From Spirochaetia bacterium (GTDB lineage Bacteria; Spirochaetota; Spirochaetia; SZUA-6; Bin103): DNA of 64,000 nucleotides. The stretch is from assembly GCA_965198005.1 (NCBI GenBank), contig CBDAOI010000004.1, positions 1,376,001 through 1,440,000 of the forward strand, read 5' to 3'. Every line of letters begins with the position of its first letter. Within the stretch, counting starts at the first letter, position 1. A program made the translations under genes and the position numbers. The notes beneath the pieces were generated by a model. It saw only the letters and a list, made by a program, of their open reading frames with translations. It was not told the origin of the DNA and made no database searches. Shown piece by piece: positions 10,632 to 21,180 of this stretch.

Positions 10632-11915
10632 TCATAGCACATCGTAGAACAGGCCTTCGTACAGGAACGCAGGTCGGATCGCTTCACAGTCGCGCTCGCT
10701 CACTCCGGCGCGCCGCATCTCGGAACGCCATCCTGCGCGCACCGTGCTCGCGATACCGTCGAACACCGCCGCCGCCGCCGTACGATCGAGCAGAAAACGC
10801 CCGTGAGCGCTCAGCAGGTTCGTCTTGTTGGCATAACGCCCGAAACGGCCGCAGGTCATCGCGAGGTCGCGCCGCTCCAGCGCCACCACGGGCGAAGGCG
10901 TCAGGTCGTAGGCGGGGCTCAGCCGCCACTGTCGTCCCTTGGCGAGGAGCGCGTGATTGCGCGGGTGATCGTCCAGGTTGGACACCGCCGCGTTGAAGCA
11001 GATCCGACCGAACAGCTCGCGCAGATCGTCTTCCGGTCGCGCGCTCGCGCGGCGAACCTCATCGGCGAGCAGCAGATAGGACCAGTCGCCGCGGTCTGCA
11101 AGTCCGTCGCCGGTGCGCAGCAGCGTCAGGGCGCTGACCATCCGGTGGCGGCGATAGCCGGCCCCGCTTCGACCGTCATCGGCCCGGTCGCGGTCGAACC
11201 GCCGCACCAGCAACACGTCGCGTCCCCCCACGGTCTCGATCCGGCTGTCGGCGGCGGCGTTCAGGCCGCATGCCCGGGCCAGCGCCAGCATGCCGTGTTC
11301 GACCCGGGAATCGTTCCAGCGGTCGTCGCTGCGCCCGAACTTGGCGATCCGGAGATCGCCCTCGTGCTCGACTACCGCCTTCGGACGCGCCCCGCCCATT
11401 GACGTGCCGAGCAGCAACAGCTCCTCGGCCTGCGCCCCGGCGGACCCCGCGTACTCCCGGTCGTCATCGAGGATGGCATCGGCCGCCCGCTGCAGTGCCG
11501 CAAGATTCAGCGTCCGGTTGAACCGGTGCCGCGCGGCGGGGGGCTCGACGGAAGAGCCGAAGCCCAACGCTCCGGCGCGGTCGTCCGGCCCCTGCATCAG
11601 GTAGTCGAACTCGCTGAGCTCCGTCACGCCGCAGTTGCGCTCGATCACCCGCCGTCCCCAGAAGTCGGGCATCGAGTCCCGGATCGCGCCGAAGAACCCC
11701 TGCATGCGCCCCGTTTCGTAGACCTGGGCGGACAGACGCAGCTCGACCGGATCGAGCTCGACCGCATCGGCCCGCTCCCGGTAGGAGCGGCCATACACGA
11801 ACCGGCCGACCGCTGCGGCCCCGTCGTCGATCCAGCGGAAACGGCCGGCCGTCACGAATTCGGTCCAGCCCGGTGGCACGATGTAGACGAAGCACTCCCG
11901 TTCAGAAGTCATCAC
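10632..11915 (-). CDS. HipA-family kinase toxin
   Basis: GTSMGGARPKA, IAKF, NLDDHPRNH, LSPAYD. Confidence 0.92.
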   Translation of the reverse strand: MMTSERECFVYIVPPGWTEFVTAGRFRWIDDGAAAVGRFVYGRSYRERADAVELDPVELRLSAQVYETGRMQGFFGAIRDSMPDFWGRRVIERNCGVTELSEFDYLMQGPDDRAGALGFGSSVEPPAARHRFNRTLNLAALQRAADAILDDDREYAGSAGAQAEELLLLGTSMGGARPKAVVEHEGDLRIAKFGRSDDRWNDSRVEHGMLALARACGLNAAADSRIETVGGRDVLLVRRFDRDRADDGRSGAGYRRHRMVSALTLLRTGDGLADRGDWSYLLLADEVRRASARPEDDLRELFGRICFNAAVSNLDDHPRNHALLAKGRQWRLSPAYDLTPSPVVALERRDLAMTCGRFGRYANKTNLLSAHGRFLLDRTAAAAVFDGIASTVRAGWRSEMRRAGVSERDCEAIRPAFLYEGLFYDVL

Positions 11916-12243
11916 TCAGCGACCGGCGGCTTCGTGCCCGCCTCGGGCTGCGGGCGCGTTCCAGCGCCTTGCCCTCCTCGTCACGGTCCGGCTCGGCCAC
12001 CTCGGACAGGTCGCCGAGCAGGCCCAGCACCCACAGTGCGCCCACGTAAGCCGCCACGCCGGTGGTCGGCTTGCCTCGTTCCACGTCGGCTACCACGAAC
12101 CGGGATACGCCGATGCGCTCGGCGAGTGCGGTTTGCGGGAGGCGGCGGCGCAACCGCGCCGTGCGGATGTTCCGCCCCAGGCGTTGCAGCGCGTCCTCGA
12201 CCGCGGCCGGGGGAGAGCCGGCTATTCTCGTCAGCCTCGTCAT
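11902..12243 (-). CDS. XRE helix-turn-helix antitoxin (HipB-like)
   Basis: LGRNIRTARLRRRLPQTALAERIGVSR; overlaps HipA start. Confidence 0.88.
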   Translation of the reverse strand: MTRLTRIAGSPPAAVEDALQRLGRNIRTARLRRRLPQTALAERIGVSRFVVADVERGKPTTGVAAYVGALWVLGLLGDLSEVAEPDRDEEGKALERARSPRRARSRRSLSDDF

Positions 12244-12437
12244 ATCTATGTCCAGCTACATATACCTGTTTAATGTTATATCAAATAAACTACTCGTGCA
12301 TCTCGTCAATCGCCGCGGCCTGACCGATTCGTGAGACACGGCTTTCGCGTCGAGGTCACGACCACGCCGTCGCTCTGGGTTGCGGCGGCCTGGTGAGGCG
12401 ATGATGAGCCGGTCGCCGCTGTAGTACAATAGCGGGG

Positions 12438-12780
12438 ATGGGCAAGGCAGCCGCAACGTACCGTGTGGATCACGTGCTCGACTCGTTCCTCCGCCGCATC
12501 GCCGCAGTTCGTGGTGATGTGATCGGTTTGTATCTGTACGGGTCGCGCGCGCGGGACTCATCAGCCCGATTCCGACTATGACGTGTTCGTCGTCCTGCGT
12601 GGGCGCTCTCAAATCACCGTCGATGCGCTCTACGACGCCGTGGTTGATGTAATATGTGAAACCGGCTCGCTCATTTCACTGAAGATCGTCTCCGGAGAGA
12701 ACCTCGAGAGGTTGGTTGCCGCGGGCAATCCGCTCGTCGCCAACGTTCTGCACGATGGAGTGGAGCTTGCACTCCACTAA
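12438..12780 (+). pseudogene. Minimal nucleotidyltransferase (MNT) antitoxin, frameshifted near 12555
   Basis: LYGSRAR in one frame, PDSDYDVFVV in another. Confidence 0.8.
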
Positions 12781-13168
12781 CAAGCAACTCATTGAGGCCT
12801 ACATGGATAAGGCGCGGCAGAAGCTGGGAGTCGCCCGGCGCTTGCGCGACTCCGGGGATCACGAGGATGCGGTCTCGCGCGCTTACTATGCTGCGTTCCA
12901 CGCGGTCAAAGCGCTGTTGGCCAGCGCCGGCGAACAGCCGCGCACCCATCACGGGGCCGTGACTCTGTTCAATCTCCTGTTCGTGAAGACCGAGAAGCTG
13001 AGCAAGCGGACGGGGCGGTTCTTCGCCAACTTGAAGGACGATCGCGAGAGCGCGGATGACGAATTGTTCTCGTACGCCGATGCGGATACGGCACGTCTCG
13101 CCGTCGAGGAGGCGCAGAGTATCATCACCGAAGCAGCGAGCTACCTGGAGGGGTTGGCCGGGGAGTAG
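12767..13168 (+). CDS. HEPN-domain protein (MNT-HEPN pair)
   Basis: DAVSRAYYAAFHA, PRTHHG, DRESADD; TTG start overlapping MNT stop. Confidence 0.85.
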   Translation: MHSTNKQLIEAYMDKARQKLGVARRLRDSGDHEDAVSRAYYAAFHAVKALLASAGEQPRTHHGAVTLFNLLFVKTEKLSKRTGRFFANLKDDRESADDELFSYADADTARLAVEEAQSIITEAASYLEGLAGE

Positions 13169-13248
13169 ACTGAGAGCTCCTACCGCGGCCTCCCCCTGGG
13201 GGCGTTTACGGTCATCATGCCGGCGATGAGGCGGGCGGCAAGTCGACC

Positions 13249-13809
13249 GTGCGTGACAGCCTGCGGCGGGTGGCCCCGGTGGTGCGTGACCGGCGGCGCT
13301 ACCGCACCGTGCTGCTGTTTCTGGCCGCCTACTTCTTCTACATTGATGGGGTTGGCACGATCATCAAGCTGGCCACGGCGTACGGCACCGACCTGGGGCT
13401 GTCGGCCGACACGTTGCTGGTGGTGCTGCTGGTTGTGCAGGTGGTCGCGTTTCCCTGCGCGCTGCTGTACGGCCACTTGGCGCGGACCCGCGCCGCGTCG
13501 ATCTCGATGCTGGTAGCCAGCTCCCAGGGCGGGATCCAGGCGCTCTCCCGCTCCTACTCCGGACAACTGATCCCGGCCACCGCGTCCGCGGAGTTCTTCG
13601 GGTTCTACAACATGTTCGGGAAGTTCGCGGCGATCCTGGGGCCGCTGCTGGTAGGGGTGTTCGCGCAACTCACCGGCGACACCAGCACCGGCGTGCTCAG
13701 TATCGCGCTGCTGTTCGCGGTCGGCGGCGTGCTCCTGCTGCGCGTACCGCCTCATCCGACCGGCGTGACGCCCGCGGGAGACGCCGCTACAGTGGCGCCG
13801 GCCGGCTGA
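13249..13809 (+). pseudogene. MFS transporter (Atg22/UMF1-like) C-terminal remnant with internal deletion
   Basis: FLAAYFFYIDGVGTII, QGGIQALSRS, EFFGFYNMFGKFAAILGP; only 186 aa. Confidence 0.78.
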
Positions 13810-13817
13810 GGAGTCGA

Positions 13818-14630
13818 ATGGACCAACGCCTGGAGATCAACCGTCGCAACTGGGATGAACGGGTTCCCGTGCACGCCGCCTCCACCTTCTACAACGTGGA
13901 GAGCTTCAAGGCGGGGCGGATCACCATCAACCGGATCGAATGTGAGGAGGTCGGCCCGGTCGCGGGCAAATCCCTGCTGCACCTGCAGTGCCACTTCGGT
14001 ATGGACACGATGTCGTGGGCACGGCTCGGCGCACGCGCCACCGGGGTCGACTTTTCCGGTGCCGCGATCGACCTGGCGCACGGGTTGAACGAGGAGTTGG
14101 GACTGAATGCCCGCTTCATCCGCTCCGACGTCTACGATCTGCCGCAGGTGCTCGAGGAGCGGTTCGACGTGGTGACCACCTCCCTGGGGGTGCTCGTGTG
14201 GTTGCCCGACCTGGTGGCGTGGGCCAGGGTGGTTGCCACCTTCGTCAAGCCGGGCGGCATTTTCTACCTCCTCGACCAGCACCCCCTGTCCCACGTATTT
14301 GATGAGGAGAGCCGGGGCGGCGAGGCTCGGGAACTGCGCATCCGCAACTCCTACTTTCGGGATCCGGCAGGAGAGTTGTTCTCCGGGGATGCACCGAGTT
14401 ACGCGGGCACCAAGCAGATCAGGTCGTCCAACTATCAATGGCAACACAGCGTCGCGGACATCCTGAACGCGCTCACGGATGCCGGACTGCGCCTCCACTT
14501 CTTTCACGAATTTCCGTTCAGTTTCTTTCAACAGTATCCCGGTATGGTGCGCGACGCTGACGGGTGGTGGCGCCTCCCGCAACACAAAGACTCGATCCCG
14601 CTGATCTTCTCGCTGCGCGCCACCCGATAG
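13818..14630 (+). CDS. Class I SAM-dependent methyltransferase
   Basis: LLHLQCHFGMDT, TGVDFS; SD GAGGAG. Confidence 0.9.
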   Translation: MDQRLEINRRNWDERVPVHAASTFYNVESFKAGRITINRIECEEVGPVAGKSLLHLQCHFGMDTMSWARLGARATGVDFSGAAIDLAHGLNEELGLNARFIRSDVYDLPQVLEERFDVVTTSLGVLVWLPDLVAWARVVATFVKPGGIFYLLDQHPLSHVFDEESRGGEARELRIRNSYFRDPAGELFSGDAPSYAGTKQIRSSNYQWQHSVADILNALTDAGLRLHFFHEFPFSFFQQYPGMVRDADGWWRLPQHKDSIPLIFSLRATR

Positions 14631-14672
14631 CGGTGGTCAAGGACCGACCATTGAGATGTGGCTGCTGCGGGC

Positions 14673-15671
14673 CTACCAGGCGTAGGCGGCAGGTGCTTCG
14701 CCGCCGGGGCCCGGCCAGATCTCGTCCAGGCGGGCGAGGGTGGCCTCGTCCAGCGTCAGCTCGGTGGCCCGCACGGCGCTCTCCAACTGCTCCATGGTGC
14801 GCGGGCCGATGATCGGAGCGGTGACGGCCGGATTGTGCAGCAGCCAGGCGAGCGCCACCTCCGCCGGCGCGACGCCGAGCTCGGCGCAGTAGTCCTCGTA
14901 CTGCTGGAGGCGCTCGGGGTACCTGGTGGCGGCGCGCTGTGCGTACGCGCTATAGCGGCGGCGGCCCTCCGGTTGGCCGAGCACGCCGGCCAGGGCGCCG
15001 CCCTCGACGGGGCTGTAGGGCAGCAGCCCCAGCCCGTAGTGGCGGCAGGCGGGGATCACCTCCAACTCCGGTTCGCGGGTCGCCAAGTTGTAGCGGCTCT
15101 GCTCGCTGACCAAGCCCAGGCGGTTGCGCCGGGCCGCCTCCTGGCAGGCGGTAGCGATGTGCCAGCCGCCAAAGTTGGACGACCCGATGTAGGTCACCTT
15201 GCCCTGCTGCACCAGCGTGTCGAACGCCTGCCACGCCTCGTCCCACGGGCACGCCGGATCGATGTGGTGCATCTGGTACAGGTCGATGGTGTCGGTTTGC
15301 AGACGGCGCAACGACCCTTCCACCTGCCGCCGGATCTTCACCGCGCCGATGCCGCGACTCTGCCGGTTCGGCTCGGGTCGCATCCCCTCGCGCAGAAAGG
15401 CGGAGTACACCTTGGTCGCCAGCACCACCGCGTCACGCCGGCCGCCGCCCTGGGCCATCCAGCGGCCGAGCAGCTCCTCGACCAGGCCGTAGCCGTGCTC
15501 GTAGCCGTACACGTCGGCGGTGTCGATCAGGTTGATCCCCAACTCCAGTGCCCGGTCCAGGATCGCAAAGCTCTCCTGCTCGCTGGCGTTGGTGCCGAAG
15601 TTGACCGTGCCCAGCGCCAGGTTGCTGACCAGCGTCCCATGCCGGCCCAGCCGGCGGTATTCGATTCCCAT
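14673..15671 (-). CDS. Aldo/keto reductase
   Basis: LALGTVNFG, IDTADVYG, LATK, DLYQMH, IGSSN, IIGPRT. Confidence 0.95.
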   Translation of the reverse strand: MGIEYRRLGRHGTLVSNLALGTVNFGTNASEQESFAILDRALELGINLIDTADVYGYEHGYGLVEELLGRWMAQGGGRRDAVVLATKVYSAFLREGMRPEPNRQSRGIGAVKIRRQVEGSLRRLQTDTIDLYQMHHIDPACPWDEAWQAFDTLVQQGKVTYIGSSNFGGWHIATACQEAARRNRLGLVSEQSRYNLATREPELEVIPACRHYGLGLLPYSPVEGGALAGVLGQPEGRRRYSAYAQRAATRYPERLQQYEDYCAELGVAPAEVALAWLLHNPAVTAPIIGPRTMEQLESAVRATELTLDEATLARLDEIWPGPGGEAPAAYAW

Positions 15672-15746
15672 CTCGCCCGCCAGTATAGCTCAACCGACGG
15701 CCGAGTGCCGCCGACCAAGCAGAAAACTGCCCAGCGCCAATTCAAC

Positions 15747-16650
15747 TCAACGTTCGCCGCCTCTGAGCCGCGGGTCGAGCAGGTCCCGCACGGCGTCGCC
15801 GAACATGTTCAGACTGTAGATGGTAACGGTCAGGCACAGACCCGGCCAGATAGCCAGCCACGGCGCCGCCTCCATGTACAGCCGCCCTTCCCGGCTGAGC
15901 ATACCTCCCCAGTCAGGAATGCTCAGGCGGCTGAGCAGGTCTCTCCCCGCCTGGTCGGTACCCAGCAGATACTGGGACGATGCGCCCTGCAGCCGGTCTA
16001 TCAGGTGTATTTCGTTATATGGATAAGGGGATACCCGACCGCCAAAGAGAGCCACCAGGATCAATAGCAATATGACAATTCCGCTGGCCGTTGCCAGGCC
16101 GATAACGGCGACGGTGCGCCCGGCGTAGTCGGTGGCCGTATCCTGGCGGATCGCCGAGTAGATACCGACTGGCAGGGCTATGACGAGCCCGATTACGATC
16201 GCCATGACGCCAAGCTCAATGGTTACCGGCAATCTACCGAGTATCCTCTCCTCTATCGACCAACCACCAGTCAGTGATTCACCAAAGGTGCCCTGGAGGA
16301 GACCCATGAAGTGGGGCCCGGCACCCAGCTCGGTTACGCCGATGACCGAGCCGGAGCCCAGGGCACCCAACGGGCCTGAGACACCCTCCGGCCCGGTCAG
16401 GCCGCCGTCGAACAGGGGTACGCCCGCGGCCCTGCGGCCGCCGGTCTCCACGTAGGCCAGGCCGGGGTCGAGGCGGTCGAAGGGAACTCTCTCCAGCGTC
16501 GGCTCAAGGCCGCCGCCGGCGGCCCTGTCGGCCAGCCACCGCGCCGAGGCGCCGTCTACCTCTGTGCCGCTCCGATGCCAGCGCGCCCTGGAGGTCGTAC
16601 TCCTCGATGACCCACGCAATGCGCCTCTCCTGTTCACTCTGTGCGATCAT
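15747..16650 (-). pseudogene. Mosaic pseudogene: N-terminus of unknown protein + DppB fragment + two DppC fragments
   Basis: ...GAGP|HFMGLLQG...VIGLAT|ASGIVILL...RDLLSRL|SIPDWGG...DPRLRGGER compared with intact paralogs in the window. Confidence 0.85.
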
Positions 16651-16921
16651 CTTCGTGGTTGACCTGCGGCAGTACCATATTCGAACGCCCGAGATTCCAT
16701 GCAGGCGTTCACCCGCGCAGGCATGATCGTCCGGCGCCTCCAGCTTCAAGTCCAAGGAGGGCAAGCCGCATCCGGCGATGGGTCCAGCGCCGGCGCGCCG
16801 TTGTGATACGGCGGGGGATTGGGTAAGGTCGCGCCACTGTGGATCAGCCGGCACGGTCACCCGGTAAGACGGAAGACCTTGAACAGCGACGCGCGGCCAC
16901 CGGGGCAGCTTCTTCGGGTCA

Positions 16922-18659
16922 CGTGACCGCCGCGATCACGCGCATCGTCCGCGCGGCGGTGCACCAGGTAGCCGCCGCCAACGCGCAGCCGGGTACGACC
17001 AGCCCCGATCCGGCCGCCGGCGCCGCCCTGGAGATCGCGCTCACCACGCCGCCCGACCCGGCGCTCGGCGACTACGCGGTGCCGTGCTTCCGCCTCGCGC
17101 AACAGGTCGCCCAGAAGCCGGTGGCGCTGGCGGCTCAACTCCTGCATCTGCTTCAGCAAACCGATCTGGCCGCCCTCGGCATCGCCCGGGTGGAAACCCG
17201 CGGCCCCTACCTCAACTTCCACCTGCGCAAGGGCGACCTCGCGGCGCGGGTCATCAGCGCCGTGCTGGAGCAGGGCGAGCACTACGGCACCACCGGGTCG
17301 GGGTTGGGCCAACAGGCGCTGATGGAGCACACCAGCATCAATCCCAACGCCTCCCCCCACCTGGGGCGCGCGCGCAACGCCTGGATCGGCGACACCCTGG
17401 TACGGCTGCTCCGATTCGAGGGCTACGGCCTGCAGGTCCGCTTCTTCGTCAACGACGTCGGCCGCCAGATCGCGCTGCTCACCCTGGGCGTGGGGGATGC
17501 CACCCCCAGTTTTGCCGAGCTGCTGGAAATCTACGTGGGGATGAACCGCCGGCTCGAACGGGAACCGGAGTTGACCGACCAGGTGGACAAGCTGCTCGAG
17601 CGCCTGGAGAGCGGCGATCAGGCCACGCGCGCCGCGTTTCGGCGCGTAGTGGAGATCTCGGTGCGCGGCATGGAACAGATCTTCGCCGACGCCGGCGTGC
17701 ACTACGACCGCTTCGATTACGAATCGGACTACCTCACGCCCGCCCGCTACCTCGAGATCGTGGAGCGGCTGCGCGCCACCGGCAAGCTGTTCGAGGATGA
17801 GCACGGCCGCCTGGTACTCGACCTGGACGGGTTCGACCTCCCGTCACGCAACCCCGTGCTGGTGATCACGCGCGGCAACAAGACCTCGCTCTACGTGCTG
17901 CGCGATATCGCCTACACCCTGGACAAGGTGGCCGCGGCCGCCGATCTCAACCTGGTGGTGCTGGGCGAGGATCAGAAGCTGTACCACCGCCAGCTCCAGG
18001 CGGCGCTCTCCCTGCTGGGGTCCGCCGCCCCGACCGCCGTCCACTACAGCTACGTGATCCTGGGCAAGGAGTCGATGTCCACCCGCCAGGGCAACGTCGT
18101 GCTGCTCGAGGAGTTCACGGCCGAGGCCAAGCGCAAGGCCGCGGCCGAGCTGGCCGCCCGCGGCCACCCTGCCGACCCGGCGGTGGCGGCGACGGTGGCA
18201 TACAGCGCGCTGAAGTACTCCTTCCTGCGCGTGGCCAACGACAAGCAGGTGGTGTTCGACTGGGCCAGCGCGATGTCGTTCGAGGGGGAGAGCGGTCCCT
18301 ACCTGCTGTACAGCCACGCACGCATCTGCTCGATCCTGCGCAAGTACGGCGGCGCCCTTCCGGCTGCGGCCGACACCGCGTTCGCGGCGCTGGAGATGGT
18401 CGAGGAGCTGGAGTTGGTCAAGCTGCTTGAGACGCTCCCGGAGCAGGTAACGCGCGCCCTGCGGGTGCGCAGTCCGCACGTCATCGCCGGCTACACCTTC
18501 GCAGTGGCCCGCCAGTTCTCGACCTTCTACCACGCGTGCCCGATCCTGCAAGCGCCGCCGCCGTTGCGTGAGGCGCGCCTGCTGCTGGCGGCCGCCACCC
18601 GTCAGGTGCTGGCCAACTGCCTCAGGCTGATCGGGATCGACCCCCTGGAGCGGATGTAG
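16922..18659 (+). CDS. argS: Arginine--tRNA ligase (start uncertain)
   Basis: GDYAVPCF, EHTSINPNASPHLGRARN (HIGH-like), SMSTRQG, GESGPYLLYSHARICSILRK, C-terminal LERM. Confidence 0.95.
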
Positions 18660-18911
18660 CGGTCCACCCCACGGCCGGTCAGGAAGGCAGTCGGCGCAAC
18701 GCCCGCCGCCGGCCCGCAAGGCGATGCAGATGGCACTGGACCTTGAGACATTTAATGATACCTCGACTCGTTTCCTTTGAGCTTTATCGAATTGCTCGCT
18801 GCATACTGGAGTGACATGCCTCCCGTGGGCGGCGCCGGAGCAGCGCGGGCAGCGCGGGGGCCATTGCCCGGTCGTGCGGCGGTGAGTACACTCGGAGCAT
18901 CGAGTTGCGGC

Positions 18912-19538
18912 ATGGCTGACCACGACGGACACCGGGAATCGGCGACGCCGGAGGAGATCTGGAACATCCTGCGCGAGTTAGCGGAGAGCCAGCAGGAGAC
19001 CGACCGCCGCATGCAGGAGACCGACCGCCGCATGCAGGAGACCGACCGCCACATGCAGGAGACCGACCTGCGCTTGCGCCGGCTTGACGAGCTGTTCAAC
19101 GGGCAGTGGGGAAAGCTGATGGAGTCCCTGGTGGAGGGCGACCTCGTGCACCTGCTGAATCAGCGTGGCATCGCAGTGGACCACACGCTAGCCAATCCGA
19201 AGAAGAACTACGGGGAGCGGCGCTGGGAGTTCGACATTCTGGCGGTCAACGGCGAGCAGGTCGTGGTGGTGGAGGTAAAGACCACGCTCAAGGTCGCCGA
19301 CGTCGATTATTTCGTGGAGCGGTTGCAGGAGTTCCCGGAACTGATGCCGGAATACGACGATCGGCGAGCGTACGGGGCGGTGGCCTACCTGAAGGCGGAT
19401 GGATCGGTGACGGTCCATGCCGGGCGGCAGGGACTGTACGTGATCCGGGCCACCGGCAGCAGCGCGAGCATCACCAACCCCGAAGGCTTCACGCCGCGCA
19501 CCTTCGGTCAGCGCAGTCCGGCTCGCAGCGGCGCGTAG
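18912..19538 (+). CDS. Coiled-coil heptad-repeat protein with C-terminal PD-(D/E)XK-like domain
   Basis: QETDRRM 21-bp repeats (~18992-19067); WGKLMESLV, EFDILAVNG..VVVVEVKT. Confidence 0.85.
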   Translation: MADHDGHRESATPEEIWNILRELAESQQETDRRMQETDRRMQETDRHMQETDLRLRRLDELFNGQWGKLMESLVEGDLVHLLNQRGIAVDHTLANPKKNYGERRWEFDILAVNGEQVVVVEVKTTLKVADVDYFVERLQEFPELMPEYDDRRAYGAVAYLKADGSVTVHAGRQGLYVIRATGSSASITNPEGFTPRTFGQRSPARSGA

Positions 19539-19639
19539 CCGGTCCCTGGTCAGACACCAGCCATGAATGACGACGAAAATGACACGAACGTAAACTTCCA
19601 CATTACGGTGTCCGCTCTCAGGAAGTCTGAACTTAGTGC

Positions 19640-20494
19640 CTAACCGGGCTTCGCGGCGCCGGCTAGTAGCTCCCCGCGCGCTCGGCTTCCCTCGACCAGG
19701 TCCGACTGGGCGGCCATGCGCACGGTGATGCCGGCATCGACCATCAGGTTGTGGCCGGTGGTGTGGCGGCTCTCGTCGCTGGCCAGGTAGAGGGCCGCGT
19801 AGGCGATGTCTTCGGGGGTGCCGGCGCGGTTGAGCGGCAGCTGCTCGGCAAAGTGCTCGGTGAGCCGTTGGGCGCGCAGCTCGTTCTCCTCGGCGGATTG
19901 AGTGTGGTGGCCGCCCCAGAAGATGGGGGTGACGATCGCACCCGGGGAGATGCAGTTGACGCGAATACCGAACTCCGCCAATTGCGTGGCCCAGACCTTG
20001 GTCATATGGATGACCGCGGCCTTGCTGGCCGAATAGACCGGGCCGGAGCCATCGGTGGTGACCCCGGCGGTGCTGCCGTTGTTGATGATGCTGCCGCCGC
20101 CCTGCTGCTTCATGATCGCGGTGACGTACTTGAGGCCGAGAAAGCAGGAGCCGAGATTGGTCATGATTACGCGGTTGAAGTCGTCGAGCGCCAAATCTTC
20201 GGGACTGACGAAGCCCTGGCCGATGCCGGCGTTGTTGAACAGCACATCCACGCGCCCCCACTTGGCCATGGTGGCATCGACCATGGCCTTTACATCGGCC
20301 TCGACAGAAACGTCGGCACGGACGAACAGGGCACTGTCGCCGAGCCGGTCGGCCAGGGCCTGGCCCAATTCTTCACCGCGGGCGGCGATGACGACACGCG
20401 CCCCTTCGGCCACGAACAGCTCCACCGTGCCGGCGCCCATCCCACTGTTGCCGCCGGTGACGATGGCGACCTTGTCTGCAAGTCTTCCTGGCAC
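19640..20494 (-). CDS. SDR-family oxidoreductase
   Basis: TGGNSGMG, NNAG, YSASK; GTG start after AAGGAG. Confidence 0.95.
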   Translation of the reverse strand: MPGRLADKVAIVTGGNSGMGAGTVELFVAEGARVVIAARGEELGQALADRLGDSALFVRADVSVEADVKAMVDATMAKWGRVDVLFNNAGIGQGFVSPEDLALDDFNRVIMTNLGSCFLGLKYVTAIMKQQGGGSIINNGSTAGVTTDGSGPVYSASKAAVIHMTKVWATQLAEFGIRVNCISPGAIVTPIFWGGHHTQSAEENELRAQRLTEHFAEQLPLNRAGTPEDIAYAALYLASDESRHTTGHNLMVDAGITVRMAAQSDLVEGSRARGELLAGAAKPG

Positions 20495-20682
20495 TGTTGC
20501 CTCCTTGTGCGTGCGGGGAATGTAGGTGGTGGCGGCGGGGAAGTCAAAGCGCGAGCGGGCGAGCGCGGCTCGCGCGTGGTCAGAGGCGCCGTGGTGGCCA
20601 CCAAGGGGTGAGGCGCGCAAGTTCAGCCGATCGCAGAGCCGGGCGTGGCAGGGTGCACGAGGCCAGCGAGGCCAGAATCGCT

Positions 20683-21180
20683 GTTGACTTTTCTGAGTCG
20701 CCCGCGGAAGATGGTGATTCGGGTTGATCAGATGCGGATGGAGCGCCATGATGACAGTCAGCGCGGTGGCCGGGTTGGCGGTGACGTTCGGTGACCGCGG
20801 TGACCGCCGCGTCGTTGACAGGCGCGCCGCGCCTATGCTAGCGTGCCTCGCTTGGGTTTCGACGGATGCAGATGAAGCGCCATGATGGTCGGCGCAGTGG
20901 CCGGTTGGCCGTGATGACCTCCGATGGGTTGACAGGGTGGGCCGCGCCCATGCAAGCTTGCCTCGCTTGGGGTCGGGCGGAACGGTGATGACGCGTCATG
21001 ACGACAGTCAGCGCAATGGCCGGTTGGCGGTCACGTTCGGTGACCGCCGCGTCGTTGACAGGTTTCCGGCCGCATGCGACGGTTCACCGCTCGGGGTTGG
21101 ATGGATGAGGATGAAGCGCCGTGACGACAGTCAGCGCAGTGGCCGGTTGGCAGTGACGCAGCCGGTGCATCCCCTCCTGT
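20683..21180 (+). repeat. Tandem array A: four 114-131 bp units, each with TTGAC(A) and conserved core
   Basis: TTGAC at 20684, 20815, 20929, 21055; core GATGAAGCGCCATGATGACAGTCAGCGCAGTGGCCGGTTGGC. Confidence 0.88.

Noticed and set aside
14658-16067. Long antisense ORFs (also 46151-47896, 54432-56204, 56678-58285, 62138-63943)
   Set aside because: Shadow frames opposite recognisable genes in high-GC DNA
20683-21180. CRISPR array or single repeat protein
   Set aside because: Units are diverged and longer than 110 bp; periods (131, 114, 126, 147, 133) are not all multiples of 3
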